In this document: positions 38,305-50,918 of the stretch, one piece after another
Numbering within the stretch: the stretch's first letter is position 1
How the letters are laid out: every line of letters starts with the position of its first letter
Source: Carcharhinus amblyrhynchos
Taxonomy: Eukaryota
Direction: 5' to 3'
Assembly (NCBI GenBank): GCA_965287045.1
Contig: OZ336882.1
Location: 19,840,001-19,904,000, forward strand
Length of the DNA stretch: 64,000 bases
Notes under the pieces: generated by a model
The model's database searches: none
What the model was told of the DNA's origin: nothing
Seen by the model: the letters and a program-made list of their open reading frames with translations, nothing else
Position numbers and translations under genes: made by a program

Positions 38305-39830
38305 TTTGTTTTATTCATTAATACGGTGTGGGTGTCACCGCCTCGGCCAGCATTCATTGCCTTTCTCGAATTGCCTTTGAGAAGGTGGTGGTGGGCTGCC
38401 CTTTTGGAATCTCTGCAGTCCATGTGATGTAGATACACCTGTAGTGCTGCTGGGGAGGGAGTTCCATGATTTTGACCCAGCCACAGTCAAGAATGGTGAC
38501 AGGCTTGGAGGGGAACTTCCATATATCTGCTGCCCTTGTCCTTCTAGATGGTAACAGTCGTGAGTTTGGAAAATGCTGCCTGAGGATTCTTGATGAGTTT
38601 CTGCATCTTGTAGAAAATGCTCTGATCTGTCACTCTTCAGTCCAAACTGGACTTCATGTTTCCCCACATTGAACTCCATCAGCTATAGTTTGGCCATCAA
38701 TGTTCCGTTACGACTTCTGTTCCCCTCTTCACCATTCACTGTGCCTCTTAACTTCATGGTGTCAGCACACCTAGATATATGACTATTTCTTCATATGCAC
38801 TGCTGCTACTGTGCATCAGCGGCAGAAGAAGTGAATAGTTTTTATGAATAACAAAGCAGGCTGCTTTGCCCTGGATCGCCTTGAGCTTCAGGTGGTGTTG
38901 GAGCTGTGTTTATCCAGACAAGGGGAGAGTATTCCGTTACATTCCTGACTTATGTCTTATAGATGTGGACAGACTTTGGGAAGTCAGGAAGTGAGTGAAA
39001 GGGTGAAAAGCTGCAGCATGCTACGGTGCAGAGGGACCTGGGGGTCCTTGTGCATGAGTCACAAAAACCCAGTCTGCAGGTGCAGCAGGTGATCAGGAAG
39101 GCGAATGGGATGCTGGCCTTTATAGTGAGGGGGATAGAATATAAAAGCAGGGAGGTCTTGCTGTGACTGTACAGGGCACTGGTGAGGCCGCAGCTGGAGT
39201 ACTGTATGCAGTTGTGGTCGCCGCACTTGCGCAAGGATATTTTGGCCTTGGAGGGAGTGCAGAGGAGGTTCACTAGGCTGATACCGGAGGTGAGGGGGTT
39301 GGACTATGAAGAGAGACTTAATAGACTGGGTCTGTACTCGTTGGAGTTTAGAAGGATGATGGGGGATCTTATTGAGACGTATAAGATAATGAAGGGGATG
39401 GATAGGGTGGAGGTAGAGAGATTCTTCCCGCTTAGATACGACAGTAGGACTAGAGGGCAGAGTCTCAAGATAAGGGAGGGGGGCAGTTTAGAACAGAGTT
39501 GAGAAGGAACTTCTTCACTCAAAGGGTGGTGAATCTCTGGAATTCTCTGCCCGTTGATGTAGTGGAGGCTACCTCGCTAAATATATTTAAGTCACGGGTA
39601 GATACGTTTTTGGTAGGCAAGGGAATTAAGGGTTATGGGGAGAAAGGGGGAAAGTGGAACTGAGCCACTTCAGATCAGCCATGATCTTATTGAATGGTGG
39701 GGCAGGCTCGAAGGGCTAGATGGCCTATCCTGCTCCTACTTCTTATGTTCTTATGTTCTTATGAGTTCCTCGCCACAGGATTTCAAAACTCTAACCTGCT
39801 CAGCTCTCAGAACTAAGCAAATCGGGTAAA
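38305..39830 (-). mobile_element. CR1/L2-group LINE 3' region, host of two CR1 insertions
   Basis: Antisense 3' end ttttattcatt...ggccagcatt.attgcc...gagaaggtggtgg; minus-strand translation VAGSKSWNSLPSSTTG; host resumes after 39762. Confidence 0.65.
38997..39762 (+). mobile_element. Relatively young 5'-truncated CR1 LINE
   Basis: Near-open RT C-terminus RDLGVLV...VRPQLEYCMQLWSPHLRKDILALEGVQRRFTRLIP; (TTCTTATG)n tail; TGAGT duplicated at 38992-38996 and 39762-39766. Confidence 0.95.
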
Positions 39831-40488
39831 TTCCACTGGCCACAGAGGGGACGTAGCGCTGATTCATTAGAATGATAGTGGGGCTAAAAGGGTTAAGTTG
39901 TGAGGATATAAATTAAGAGAAAGGATTGTCCTTCCAAGTTCACAGGAGTAGGCCATTTAGCCGGTTCCACTGCCAGTCAGTTTACATCTGATCCTTGTCT
40001 CGACCCCATTTATCGGCCTTTCTCCAGACCTTATAATAGACTTTGTCAACAAAAATCTATTTATCTCACTTTTGAAAATTTCATTGTAACAGTGCCTAAA
40101 ACCTACTAAAAAGAGAGTTCCACAGTTTCACTACCATTTAGATGAAATGTGCTTCTGTCGTTCTTAAATGAGACAGCTCTAATTTTCATATTTGTGCCCC
40201 CTTGGATTCCATAGGAAATATCAAATCAGTTATTGACTTTAAATACCTTAATTAGATCAGACTTCTCCCTTCTAACCGTTAAAGTATTCGTGCAACCTTC
40301 ACTTCTGATGATCTTACAATCAGCCTGCACCCAAAGCGGTCTCGAGGGGCTGAATGGCCTACTCCTGTTCGTTTTTTCCTATCATCCTGTGCGAGTTTTC
40401 TCCCCAAATGACTGAAGACTGGCTGAAGAAATTTAGGATCAGAATATTTTAAACAATCTCAGTATCTTACAGTGTTGATACAGGGGCG

Positions 40489-41146
40489 TCATAGAATTCT
40501 CTTCAGTGTAGAAGGAGGCCTTTCCGCCCATTGAACCTGCACCGTCAACAATCGCACCCAGTCACTATCCCCTTAACCTCACGTATTTACCCTGCTGGTC
40601 CCCCTAGGGCACTAAGGGACAATTTAGCATGGCCAATCAACCTAACACGCACATCTTGAGAGTGTAGGAAGAAACTGGAGATGACACAGTGGCACAGTAG
40701 TTAGCACTGCCCCCTCTCAGCGCCAGGGACCCAGGTTCAATTGTGGCCTCGGATCACTGTCTGTGTGGAGTTTGCACATTCTCCCTGCGTCTGTGGCATT
40801 TGCTCCGGGTGCTCTGGTTTCCTCCCACAGTCCATCAATGTGCAGATTAGGTTGATTGGCCATCCTAAATTGACCCTAGAGTCAGGGGGATTCGCAGGGT
40901 AAAAATGAGGAATTGTGGACATAGGGCCAGGGTGGCATTGTGGTCAATACAGATTTGATGGGCCAAGTGGCCTCCTTCTGCACTGTAAGGATTCTATGAT
41001 GATTCTATGATTCAATGAAACCAGAGCCCCCGGAGGAAACCCATGCAGTCCTGGGAAGAACGTGCAGACTCCGCACAGTCACCCAAGGTTGGAACTGAAC
41101 CTGGGCCCCTGGTGCTGTGAGGTAGCAGCGCTAACCACTGTGCTGT
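40489..41146 (-). mobile_element. HE1-like SINE split by a nested SINE
   Basis: Antisense tail and core at 40489-40680; rest of core and head at 41017-41146. Confidence 0.88.
40682..41014 (+). mobile_element. HE1-like SINE, tail type A, nested
   Basis: Complete head, core and tail inside the opposite-strand copy. Confidence 0.9.
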
Positions 41147-41634
41147 CCTTAAACATGCTCATGTTTTTCTAATATTTATTAAATGCTTATTTTCTGTGTA
41201 GCCAACAATAGAATAAAAGGAATTAATATTCATTTAATTTCCTTCTGCCAGTTTATAACAATGTTCCAAGCTGGCCTAAGCTTTGATCCTGCAACAAGCA
41301 TAAAATTTGGCCGAATCTGACGTTCGTTAGAACATTGAACGTTGAGCTCAGGATAAATTTCACATTGTTTAATGGCACATATAATTACATCATGTGAATA
41401 GAGTGTTGATAGCTTCAACATTAAACTATTAGCACCTCCAGCTAAGCATCAGTAAGACAATTCATTTTGTTTTGTTAATGTTAACAGAGCAAAAGTGTTA
41501 GACCTGATCTACGTATAGGAAAATTCAATTCACAGAAGTATCTGTCAGCAGTTTTTTCTGCTTTCAGAAGTAGGGCAAGGGAGCTGAATAATATTGGTTC
41601 TCAGTCCAAAACTAAATGCGGTGTTCAGTTGTGT

Positions 41635-41815
41635 TTTTTATGTTCATTCATGGGTATTGCTGGCAAAGCCAGCATTTATTACCCATCTCTGATTGTCCTT
41701 GAGAATGTGATGGCGAGCTACCTTCTTGAATTGCTGCTGTCCATCAGGTGTTGGTGCACCTACAATCTGTTAGTGAGGAATTGGACCTTACAACAGTGAA
41801 GGAATGGTGATATAG
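41635..41815 (-). mobile_element. CR1/L2-group LINE 3' end
   Basis: ttcattcatggg...gccagcatttattacccatc...cttgagaatgtgatggcgagct is homologous to 38305-38500. Confidence 0.65.
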
Positions 41816-41957
41816 GGCGGAATTTCAAAATGGCAGTAAAGCGAGGCAACTTCTTGCAAGCTGTCCCCAGCACACCCTCTAATTCTACTTTTACTTTCAT
41901 TTTATGCTCTTAAAACTGTCTTCTAACTCTTTTAAACTCTCTAACAATACTCCATTT

Positions 41958-42016
41958 CAGGGGTTTCCAAACTTCAGCCCGCGAGCTGCTTCCGGGTTGG
42001 AGTTTGGAGACCGCTG
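41958..42016. mobile_element. 59-bp hAT-type mini-MITE
   Basis: 24-bp imperfect TIRs starting CAGGGGTTTCCAAACT; 8-bp TSD ctccattt/ctctattt. Confidence 0.85.
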
Positions 42017-42091
42017 CTCTATTTCAATCCCTTTCGTTGCTGCCATCAGACTTTTGAATGGACCTACCTCATATTAAGTTGATCTTTCTCT

Positions 42092-42388
42092 TAAGTTTAA
42101 TTTTATTTATCATTGTCACAAGTAGGCTTACATTAACAATGCAATGAAGTTACTGTGAAAATCCCCTAGTCGCCACACTCTGGCACCTGATTGGGTACAC
42201 TGTGGGAGAATTTAGCACGGCCAGTGAACCTAACCCAGCATGTCTTTCAGACTTGGGAGGAAACTGGAGCACCCGGAGAAAGCCCACGCAGGCATAGGGA
42301 GGAAGCGCAGACTCTGCACAGACGTTGACCCAAGTTGGGAATCAAACTATGATGCTGTGAGGCAGCAGTGCTCACCACTGTGCCATTG
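42092..42388 (-). mobile_element. V-SINE/HE1-like SINE, tail type B, inserted in a Rex1 3' UTR
   Basis: The Rex1 sequence gatctttctc|tacaccatagct is split by this SINE. Confidence 0.9.
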
Positions 42389-42692
42389 TGTACACCATAG
42401 CTATGACTGTAACACTACATTCTGTACCATCTCCTTTCCTTCTCCCCTAAGTACTCTATGAACAGCATGCTTTGTCGGTATAGCACCAGAAACAATAATT
42501 TTTACTGTATACCAATCAAATCAAATCAAATTTTGCTATTTTTTTCCTCAAAATGAGAAGAGCAATGTGTTGCACTGCTGACTTTCCTCACCATGTTTTC
42601 CAGCTCTTTGATTTTTAAAAATGATAAAGGCACGTCCCACACTGTCACATTGGCGGAATGGGCTCATAAAGAGCCCATCTTACTTTTTTTTA

Positions 42693-43072
42693 ATAGAAAC
42701 CTTACAGTGCAGAAGGAGGCCATTCGGCCCATCAAGTGTGGACCAATCACAATCCCACTCAGACCTTATCCCCGTAACCCCACATATTTACTCCGTTAAT
42801 CCCTCTAATCTACACACCCCCACTAAGGGACAAATTAGTATGGCCAATGCACCTAACCTGCACATCTTTGGACTGTAGGAGGAAACAGGAGCACGTGGAG
42901 GAAACTCACGCAGACACTGGGAGAATGTGCAAACTCCACACAGGCAGTGACCCAAGCTGGGAATCAAACCTAGGTCCCTGGAGCCGTGAGGCAGCAGTGC
43001 TAACCACTGTGCCACCATTCCGCCCAACCTCTGTGCCACTGCGCTGCCCAACCACTGTGCCACGTGTCGTCC
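42693..43072 (-). mobile_element. HE1-like SINE with triplicated 5' end
   Basis: Tail A, core and head present, plus three 24-nt units at 43002-43072. Confidence 0.9.
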
Positions 43073-43489
43073 ACTTGAAACATTGCCTTTCCAGAGATTG
43101 ATGCCCTGAGCCCCAGCACTGAAAAAAAAACAAAGAATGTCCCCACTCCCACAAGCACACAGGGACACTCTCCCTTCCCCCGCTATGGACCCCTTCAGAA
43201 GGAAGCCCTCCTGGCACTGCTCCCTGGGCATAGTAGAATGGTATGAAGTAGCCAACAAAAGGATGGTCATCAACTTGGGATCAAGTTAGAAAAGTGAACT
43301 TTGAAATGCTGCAATCTGCACTTTTATATGCCACATGGTTAATGGTATTCTCTCATCCAAAAATATTCCCCATCTTGCCAGTGGATAGCTAAAGCTTTGC
43401 TTGCCCTATCTGTCAGTTACTGTATGCATTCAGTTTCACTGAATGGAAAACGGTTCCCACTTTCTCATTCTATACCAATGCTCGCTCCA

Positions 43490-44945
43490 CATATATATTT
43501 GTTAAAGGACCATTTTATTCAGTATTTTTGGAGATGTGAATAAAATGGCAGTGAACATGTTAAAGCTGTAGATGTCTTGTATTTCAATTTTCAGAAGGCA
43601 TACATCAGGATACCTCACAAAAGGTCATAAGATAAGAGCCCATGGTTGGAGGTTGTATATTTAAGTTTAAGTATTAGTATCACAAGTAGGCGTACATCAA
43701 TACTGCAATGAAGTCATGATGAAAATCCTCCAGTCATCACACCCTGGTGCCTGTTCGGGTACACTGAGGGAGAATTTAGCATGCCCAGTGCACCTAATCA
43801 GCACACCTTTCAGACTGTGGGAGGCAACTGGAGCATCCAAAGGAAACCCACACAGACATAGGGAGAACATGTAGACTCCATACAGACAGTGACTCAAGCC
43901 TTGAATTGAATCCAGGTCCCTGCATGGTGAGGCAGCAGTGCTAACCACTGTGCCACCATGCCAGTAAACAATTGGCGAATGGGCATGAAACAGCGAGTGG
44001 GGTGAAGGTGTTCTTTTTCAGGTCGGCAACCTGTAACCAGTGGGTTTCCAAAGGGTGCAGTGCTGGGACTGCAACTGTTTACAATATTAATGACTTGGAG
44101 GAAAGAAGCGAATGTAGCCAAATTTTGACAGACTAAAGAAGGATATTTTGTTTCCACTATGTCAGTGGCTAGATCACAATGGTCAGCAAGAGAGCTAGGA
44201 GTGAGATGAGGAGAAACTTCTTTCCTCAGAATGTTGTTGAGATTTGGAATGTGCTGCCTGGGAGAGTGGTGGAGGCAGAATCCATAGGAGGCTTCAAAAA
44301 AAAGCTGGATACATATTTGAAAATGATTAGTTTAGAGGGCTACAGAGAGGACTGGAGAATGGGACTGCTGGGTAGCTCTTTCAGGAGCTGGTGTAGACAC
44401 AATGGGTCAAATGGTCTCCTGTGCTGTAAAATTCTATGATTCCATGAAATTTGCTGGTGACACAAAAAATAGGTGGAAAGGCAAATTGCAAGAGGGATAC
44501 AAACAGTTTACAAAGAGATATTGGTAGGTTAAGTAAATGCCCAGAAGTTAGCAGAGTATAATTTGGGAAAATATGAAGTTATTTATTTTGGAAGGGAGAA
44601 CAAAAGAATAGAGTATTATTTAAATGGAGAAAAGCTGCAGAAAGCTGCAGTAAAAGGGATTTGGGAGTACTTGTGCACAGAAGACAGAAAGCTAGCACAC
44701 AGATGCAGCAGGTAATCAGGAAGGCTAATGGAATGTTGGTCCTTATTTCAAAGGGGTTGGAGTATAAGAGTAGGGAAGTCTTGCTGCAATTATACAAGGT
44801 ACTGGTGAGACCACATCTGCAGGGCCTGGAGCAGTTTTGTTGACCTTATTAAAGGCAAGAGGTTACTTTATTGGAGGCAGTTCAGAGAAGGTTCACTTGG
44901 ATGAGCACGAGTGTGAAGGGATTGTCTTATGAGCAAATGTTGAAC
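43490..44945 (+). mobile_element. Decayed CR1 RT region, interrupted by a SINE (43661-43962) and another CR1 3' end (about 44130-44446)
   Basis: Blocks VDV.Y..FQKA, VTSGFPKGAVLGLQLF, KFAGD and QQVIRKANGML...LYKVLVRPHL occur in collinear order. Confidence 0.85.
43661..43962 (-). mobile_element. V-SINE/HE1-like SINE, tail type B
   Basis: Antisense tail B, core and head. Confidence 0.9.
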
Positions 44946-44978
44946 CTCATTGGCACTTGCCCACTCAGTGTCCACTTT

Positions 44979-45262
44979 CGGCACTGCTGCCTCACAGTGT
45001 CAGGGACCTGGATTCAACTCCCAGCTTGGGTCACTGTTTGTGCGGAGTCTGCACTTTCTCTCCGTGTCTGCACAGGTTTCCGCCAGGTGCTCCAGTTCCC
45101 TCCCACAGTCCGAAAGACGTGCTGGTTAGGTGCATTGGCCATGCTAAATTCTTCCTCAGTGCATGTGAACAGTCGCTGGAGCTTGGCAACTAGGGAATTT
45201 TCACAGTAACTTCATTGTAGTGTTAATGTATGCCGATTCGTGATACTAATAAATAAACTTTA
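44979..45262 (+). mobile_element. V-SINE/HE1-like SINE, tail type B
   Basis: Head lacks the A box; core present; tail aataaataaacttt. Confidence 0.9.
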
Positions 45263-47087
45263 AAAAACTATTTCCAGGGTTGGCAAACCCAACTCCATCT
45301 GGCCCCCACCCATTTGGAACAAAAGTCCGACAATTCAGGGCATTTTGTATTGTGGAGGGTCCAGTGAGTCAGGAAACTGGTGCTGCCCCAACTTGAGCTG
45401 CCCTCCTCCGTAGTGAAAACTCAGACCTTAGATTTATTTTCTTATTCAGAGGGGTGTTACTATAGGGAGAGGGAGAAAAAGGTTTAATTTAACATGCCCT
45501 AATTTAAAGCATCACAATTTATGTTAATAATTTTGATGAATACAGTTATGAAATCTGCTGAAAACTCAAAAGTGGAAAAAAACCTCCAACAAAAATGTAT
45601 TAAAAAGTACGTCAAGTGAGAGTCCCCTCTTCATTTTGGGGATCGTTTCAAGCTAATAAACCCCTCTCATGCAATGAAAGAAGAATGTTTCATTAGGTTC
45701 CATCAGGCATGGCTGCCTGCGATGACGGGAGGGCTATTTCTCTGCATCAACAGCTGTTTCCATGTCAACTGTTGCCAAGCTATATTTAATTGTGAAAGAT
45801 TTCTTTTTAATTATGATTGAACTCCCTCCAGTTTTAGTGAGGCATCTGGGAATTTTTGATTCGCCTCTTCAGGAACCACTTGGAGAGATAAAGGGCAGTT
45901 TGAGCTGAAAGTGCAGCTGCCCGATCATTTCCCCTTGTGTCCTCCTGCTGTTGATGAACGCCACATTGAAATGCTAAATTTCTCTGAAGTGCTTAATGGC
46001 AAACCGGGGGTGGCACGATGATAGAGTTCTTGCTAATGTTTTGCTAACTTTCCTCATGATAATATGATCATAATACTGCCATAATCTATGATAACATCAA
46101 AATAGCCAGATATTTTCGGAGCACATCCTTGGTGCAAAAGGCGTCAGCTTGCAAACTGTTACTGCTGCTCCCTATGCTGGCACAGGGTGGAGTCTGGGCT
46201 TGGCTGAAAGGCTGCTAAATGCAATGCAGGGACAATCAACAGAAATGCACCACACCGGGCCGCAGAATGGAACACTACAACACAGAGGATGTTATGTGAA
46301 TGAGTTCAAAGAATTGCAAGTTGCAGCAGACTTCAAGATGTTTCGAGCAACTCAGAACCTCATCATCAATCATTTCTTGTGGAATGTTCTCCATCGTTTT
46401 GCTATCAGGTGTTTAAACACCAAGAACACCAAAGTGTGTCTGGAATTATCGAGGGGAAATGAATAGTCCCATCAGAAAGTTTCAAGGGGTACTTTTCGGA
46501 TGGGATATGGTGAAACGTCTGGTGGAGTGAGGTCTACTGATCACCAGTTTGGTGTTGTGAGGGGAACCATTTCAATGGCCAGCCCTTATTTGAGTAGAAG
46601 CAGCAAGCTGCCCACTTGCAATGTGTGATCACTGCAGCTTGTCACATTTAGGCTGGCATCACAGCAGGCCCAAACAATCAATCATAAGGTAAGTCCTGGT
46701 GCACAATATTTCACAAACATTTATTTTGAGGTTCGAATGGTAACTTCTGCCCCTCCTGGCCCCACAAAACCAGTTTTTCAATTGTCTTTTGAGGTTTTCC
46801 ACTTCTTGCCTCACCAGTGTACCCATGAAGTGAGTCTCTGACAAGTGTTTGAGAATGAGTTTCCTCCATTCGCCTCTCAACTCAAACAGGGCCGTTTAAC
46901 CTCACAGGTATCTATGCTACAAGGCTGTGCTTCACCACAGAGGTGAAAGACAAGTTCTATGAAGAGTTTGATGCCGCTGTAAGCAGAATCCCTAAGCCAG
47001 GTCATCTCTCCCTACTGAGAATTTTCAATACATGAGTGGGTGTGGACAGAAAGGCATGGCCCTCCTCCCTAGGACATTCTGATACAC

Positions 47088-47214
47088 AAGGGAATTGAGG
47101 GTTATGGGGAGAAAGCGGGAAAGTGGAACTGATCCACTTCAGATCAGCCATGATCTTGTTGAATGGCGGGGCAGGCTCGAAGGGCTAGATGGCTCCTATT
47201 TCTTATGTTCTTAT
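47088..47214 (+). mobile_element. Short CR1 3' end, same subfamily as 38997-39762
   Basis: Near-identical to about 39619-39760, including the ttcttatgttctt tail. Confidence 0.9.
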
Positions 47215-47241
47215 CATAGCCTGGAAAACATAAATGAGAGC

Positions 47242-48252
47242 TGTTACAATCTCGCTTGAGTATAGTAACTTGTAAAAAGAAATTCAAACTCACTATTATT
47301 GACTGAAAGATTTCACATTTTAAATAACTTTTATTGTACAAGAGTTAAACAAAGCAGGTGCTATTAATACAATATTATATTTTGTACACGTACTTTAAAG
47401 CTGAAAATTTCAAAAGAGCAATCGATGTTCTATTTTTATTTCCACTCAATATAGTTTATAGATTTTTAGGTTGCTACACTACTCATGGGACCAAATTGAA
47501 GAGTGTCACAGCTCTCAGGAATTCACTTTGATTCTCTTTAGGGTGCCCCCTTTCCCCCAGGTATGAGATTTATGGAGGTCCTTCTGCTGGCATCTGACCT
47601 GACTAGGTGATGCCTTCAATTATCCTTTAGCACCTCAGAATTGTGAACTCTCCAGTTCAAGCTTGGGCCTCACTGCATTCTTGTTGAGTGACTCCAAATC
47701 TGAAGCACACCTGGTTCCCAACAGTCCTCTTCTCATGATCCATAGATTCGGGTGAACGCTGTCTCTGCTTTCCCCAAAAAATTCTGGGCCCAGACTTCAA
47801 TTAAATGTTTCTGTGAGAAAAACTCAAAATGAAAAAGGAAATAACTCTCTGCGTTCTATCCCTGTTGGCAATGTGCCATGCCTAGAATGTCCTAGATAGA
47901 GATTTTAACTAATTAACCCCAACTCCATCTCTTTGTTCAAGGAAACCGAGTGAATAAATGAAACCCTTTATTGAGCCCGCCCCACCACAATGTTCAGAGA
48001 GGTATTCCATTGTTTAGTTGTAAATGCTTTGCGCTGTGAACTTATTAAACAACCATAGGCCATCATTTGATTTGCAATTACTTGGATTTGTCTACCAGCT
48101 TCTCAAACCAAGCATTTTCATTTCCCTTAGATTTAAAAATTCCACTTTCCAAGCTAAAAGTTGAACTCCTAAAACATGAATCATGAAGTTAAATATTCAT
48201 AACAGAACCAGGACTATTTGACCTTTGCTGCTTCCTCGAGCTTTGTGTAACA
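47242..48252. mobile_element. Probable solo LTR inserted in the RTE element
   Basis: Begins TGTTACA and ends TGTAACA (inverted termini); AGC on both flanks; RTE coding sequence (GK.NE..RL.E) continues across it. Confidence 0.65.
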
Positions 48253-49732
48253 AGCACCGTCTCTCAGAACAAACCACACCACAAGGTGTCCTGGAGATAT
48301 CCAATGTCAGGTGTCAGCACCAGCTGGATCTGATGACCGCCAGATGTGACTCTCTGAGCAGGATTCTTAACACAGTCAACTGTCATATGCTGACTGTGAT
48401 ATAGGTCTCTTCCTGGAATGCACAAGGGTTCGGATGCACCCCTTGAAGTTTCTTCATTCAAAGCGGAAATACTGTCCTTGTATTAATGTCAATTATACTG
48501 CCTATGCCGATAAAACACCAACAGTTTCTGAAACTTGATGAAACAGGTGCTGTTCAACATTTCCACACAGAGTGCAGAAGCAAAATGAAAGATACCTTGA
48601 GACACCACATATAATAATCCACTCTCAACCAATAGCAAACAAAAGCAAAGTAAATGCAACTGGTTCAAAGCTAACATTACTAGAATGGAATCCGTTATTG
48701 AAGCTAAGTGGCCTGTTCTCATTAATTACAAGTGATATCTGAGCAAGATGCCTTTGGATGTATTCAGAACCACTGAAAGTAAGTTAAACAGACTGCTAGG
48801 CAGTGTGCCAGTGACTACTTGTTACAACTTTGCCAGGATATCCACACAATCTTTGCCACAGGGAATGCTATGGACATGTGTGAAGGAATCAAAAGATCCA
48901 TAAGCAAAGAAAATGACTCAACTGAAAACAAAGGCGGGGGAGGTCATCACAGGCTGCAGTAGATAGTTGGAAGGGTGGATAGAACACTATTTTCAGTTGT
49001 ATTCTAGGCAGACTACTGTCATCAAGGAAGTGCAAAACACGAGAGAAAGCTTGCTTGTTATGGCAGAGCTGGCTATCAAGTTCACAATTCAGGGGCTTAA
49101 CCCATTTGCCATGAGCCAATCTCCACGTCCTAACCAGAAGATCTACAATTGACATGATCTTCTCAGGATGGCAGCTGCAAGAGGAATGCCATGAATAAAG
49201 GAGACAGTTATATATCCATCAATCTCATTCAATCATTTGATTGGAGGCAGTCTAATTATGCTGCTGGAGAAACTTGGCTGTTCAACTTGGATTTGCTCAA
49301 TGTGGTTTCATCTTTTCATGATAACATGATGGGTAAGGTCAACTATGACAGGGCAATATTAGAACCCTTTGAGATCCACAGTGGAGTCAAACAGGGTTGT
49401 GTCTGGCACTGACACTCTGACATTTTTTTTCTACTTTCATATGTGTTCAGGTCATCTACAGAGGGAACCTAGTTACATACCAGAATTAACAGAAAGTTGT
49501 TCAACTTTGCTCACCTAAGGTCAAAGACAAGTTTGTGCCAAGTTCTCATCAGAGAGTTGCTCTGTGCTGATGACATGAGGAACACCTTCAATGGCAAGTG
49601 GATAGAATCTCTCACACTGATAAAAAGTTTGGTTTGACCATTGACACTAGGAAGATAAATATCATGGTCCATGATATTGCCATACCATTATCTAACAGCA
49701 TTGACAATTAAACCATTAGTGACCATCACTGT

Positions 49733-49986
49733 ATACTTTTCACTGTATACTAATACATGTGACAGTAATGAATCAAATCAAATCAAATCAAAAGCATGGT
49801 CAGACGAAAGGCAGCATTGGACGTTTAAGCAAAAATGTCAGATTAACCATTATCTGCTAGTTTAATAAGTGGCGGAGGAATCTGCCTGTTTCAGGCAGGC
49901 CTCATATTACATATAAATCGAGGCCCTATTGTGTAGATAGAACCCCAGAGATATTGCATTGGACTATTGAGTATCGTGCCCAGAAT
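49733..49986. repeat. Inverted duplication of 50721-50974
   Basis: 254 bp with 9 mismatches by manual alignment. Confidence 0.95.
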
Positions 49987-50918
49987 CATTGAGGGTATTG
50001 ATTGTTTCACATATCTCGTCTCTTCAAACACCAGCAATCTGTCACTTGAATCAAAACACACATCACAAGAACTGCAGCTGCTATGTCACAGCTAAGTAAG
50101 AGAATGTGGACCTACAGCAACCTGACTGAGAACACCAAATTGCCATTTTCCAAAGCCTGTGACCTCAGTGCACATCTCTACTGCAGTGAGACCTGGACGA
50201 CATATGGCAGGTAGGAGAAAAAGCTGAGCTGTTATTACCTTCATTGTCTCAGATGTATCCTTCGTATCTCCTGGCAGGATATGGCCACCAACACAGAGGT
50301 CTTGGAACGTGCTAATTCCATCAGCATTAATTCATTGCTAAGCAATGATTCCTTTGCTGATTTGGCCACGTTCATCGGATGAATTCACATCTCAGCCAGT
50401 GGGTCACCACAGAATAGGACAATTGTGGGACTGACACTGGTAACTGGGAGATGGTCACTAATGGCCGAGACCTCCGGAGGCTGACTGTTTGGAACGGCAC
50501 TGGAAAATTCAAGCAGAAGTGGAAAGCTCAGATGGTTATGAAGAGGGGCCAGAGAAAACAGAGCAGTGAAATGTGGAACTTCTCAGCTCACAAATCTTCC
50601 TCTGCAGCAAATGTGACGCAAGCTGCCCTGCAAAGTGAACCAGCTGAATCAGTTGATGCTTAACACCACAGTACAAAGCATCACCTTACGAGATGGAAGG
50701 CTATCAACAGAAGTATTCTCATTCTGGACACGATACTCAATAGTCCAATGCAATATCTCTGGGGTTCTATCTACACAATGGGACCTCAATTTATATGTAA
50801 TATGAGGCCTGCCTGAAACAGGCAGATTCCTCCGCCACTTATTAAACTAGCAGATAATGGTTAATCTGACGTTTTCGCTTAAACGTCCAATGCCGCCTTT
50901 CCTCTGACCATGCTTTTA

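Larger units (their letters stand above)
41826..42530 (+). mobile_element. Bipartite Rex1-derived element carrying a mini-MITE and a SINE
   Basis: 5' block homologous to the reverse complement of 51157-51276, followed by the Rex1 3' UTR and (ATCAA)n tail. Confidence 0.75.
46590..50710 (+). mobile_element. Decayed RTE-clade LINE with nested insertions
   Basis: Endonuclease block IYA...EVKDKFYEEF...VG at about 46900-47080; RT blocks FHDNMMGKV...EPFEIHSGVKQGCV at about 49310-49400 and RELLCADD at about 49550; C-terminal SETW and ILRISWQD. Confidence 0.85.

Noticed and set aside
39182-39502. 106-aa ORF with RT-like sequence as a host gene
   Set aside because: It is the C-terminal part of a 5'-truncated CR1 LINE with nearby stops and frameshifts
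43002-43072. 24-nt periodic repeat as a CRISPR-like array
   Set aside because: No unique spacers; the units are copies of the SINE 5' end; eukaryotic context
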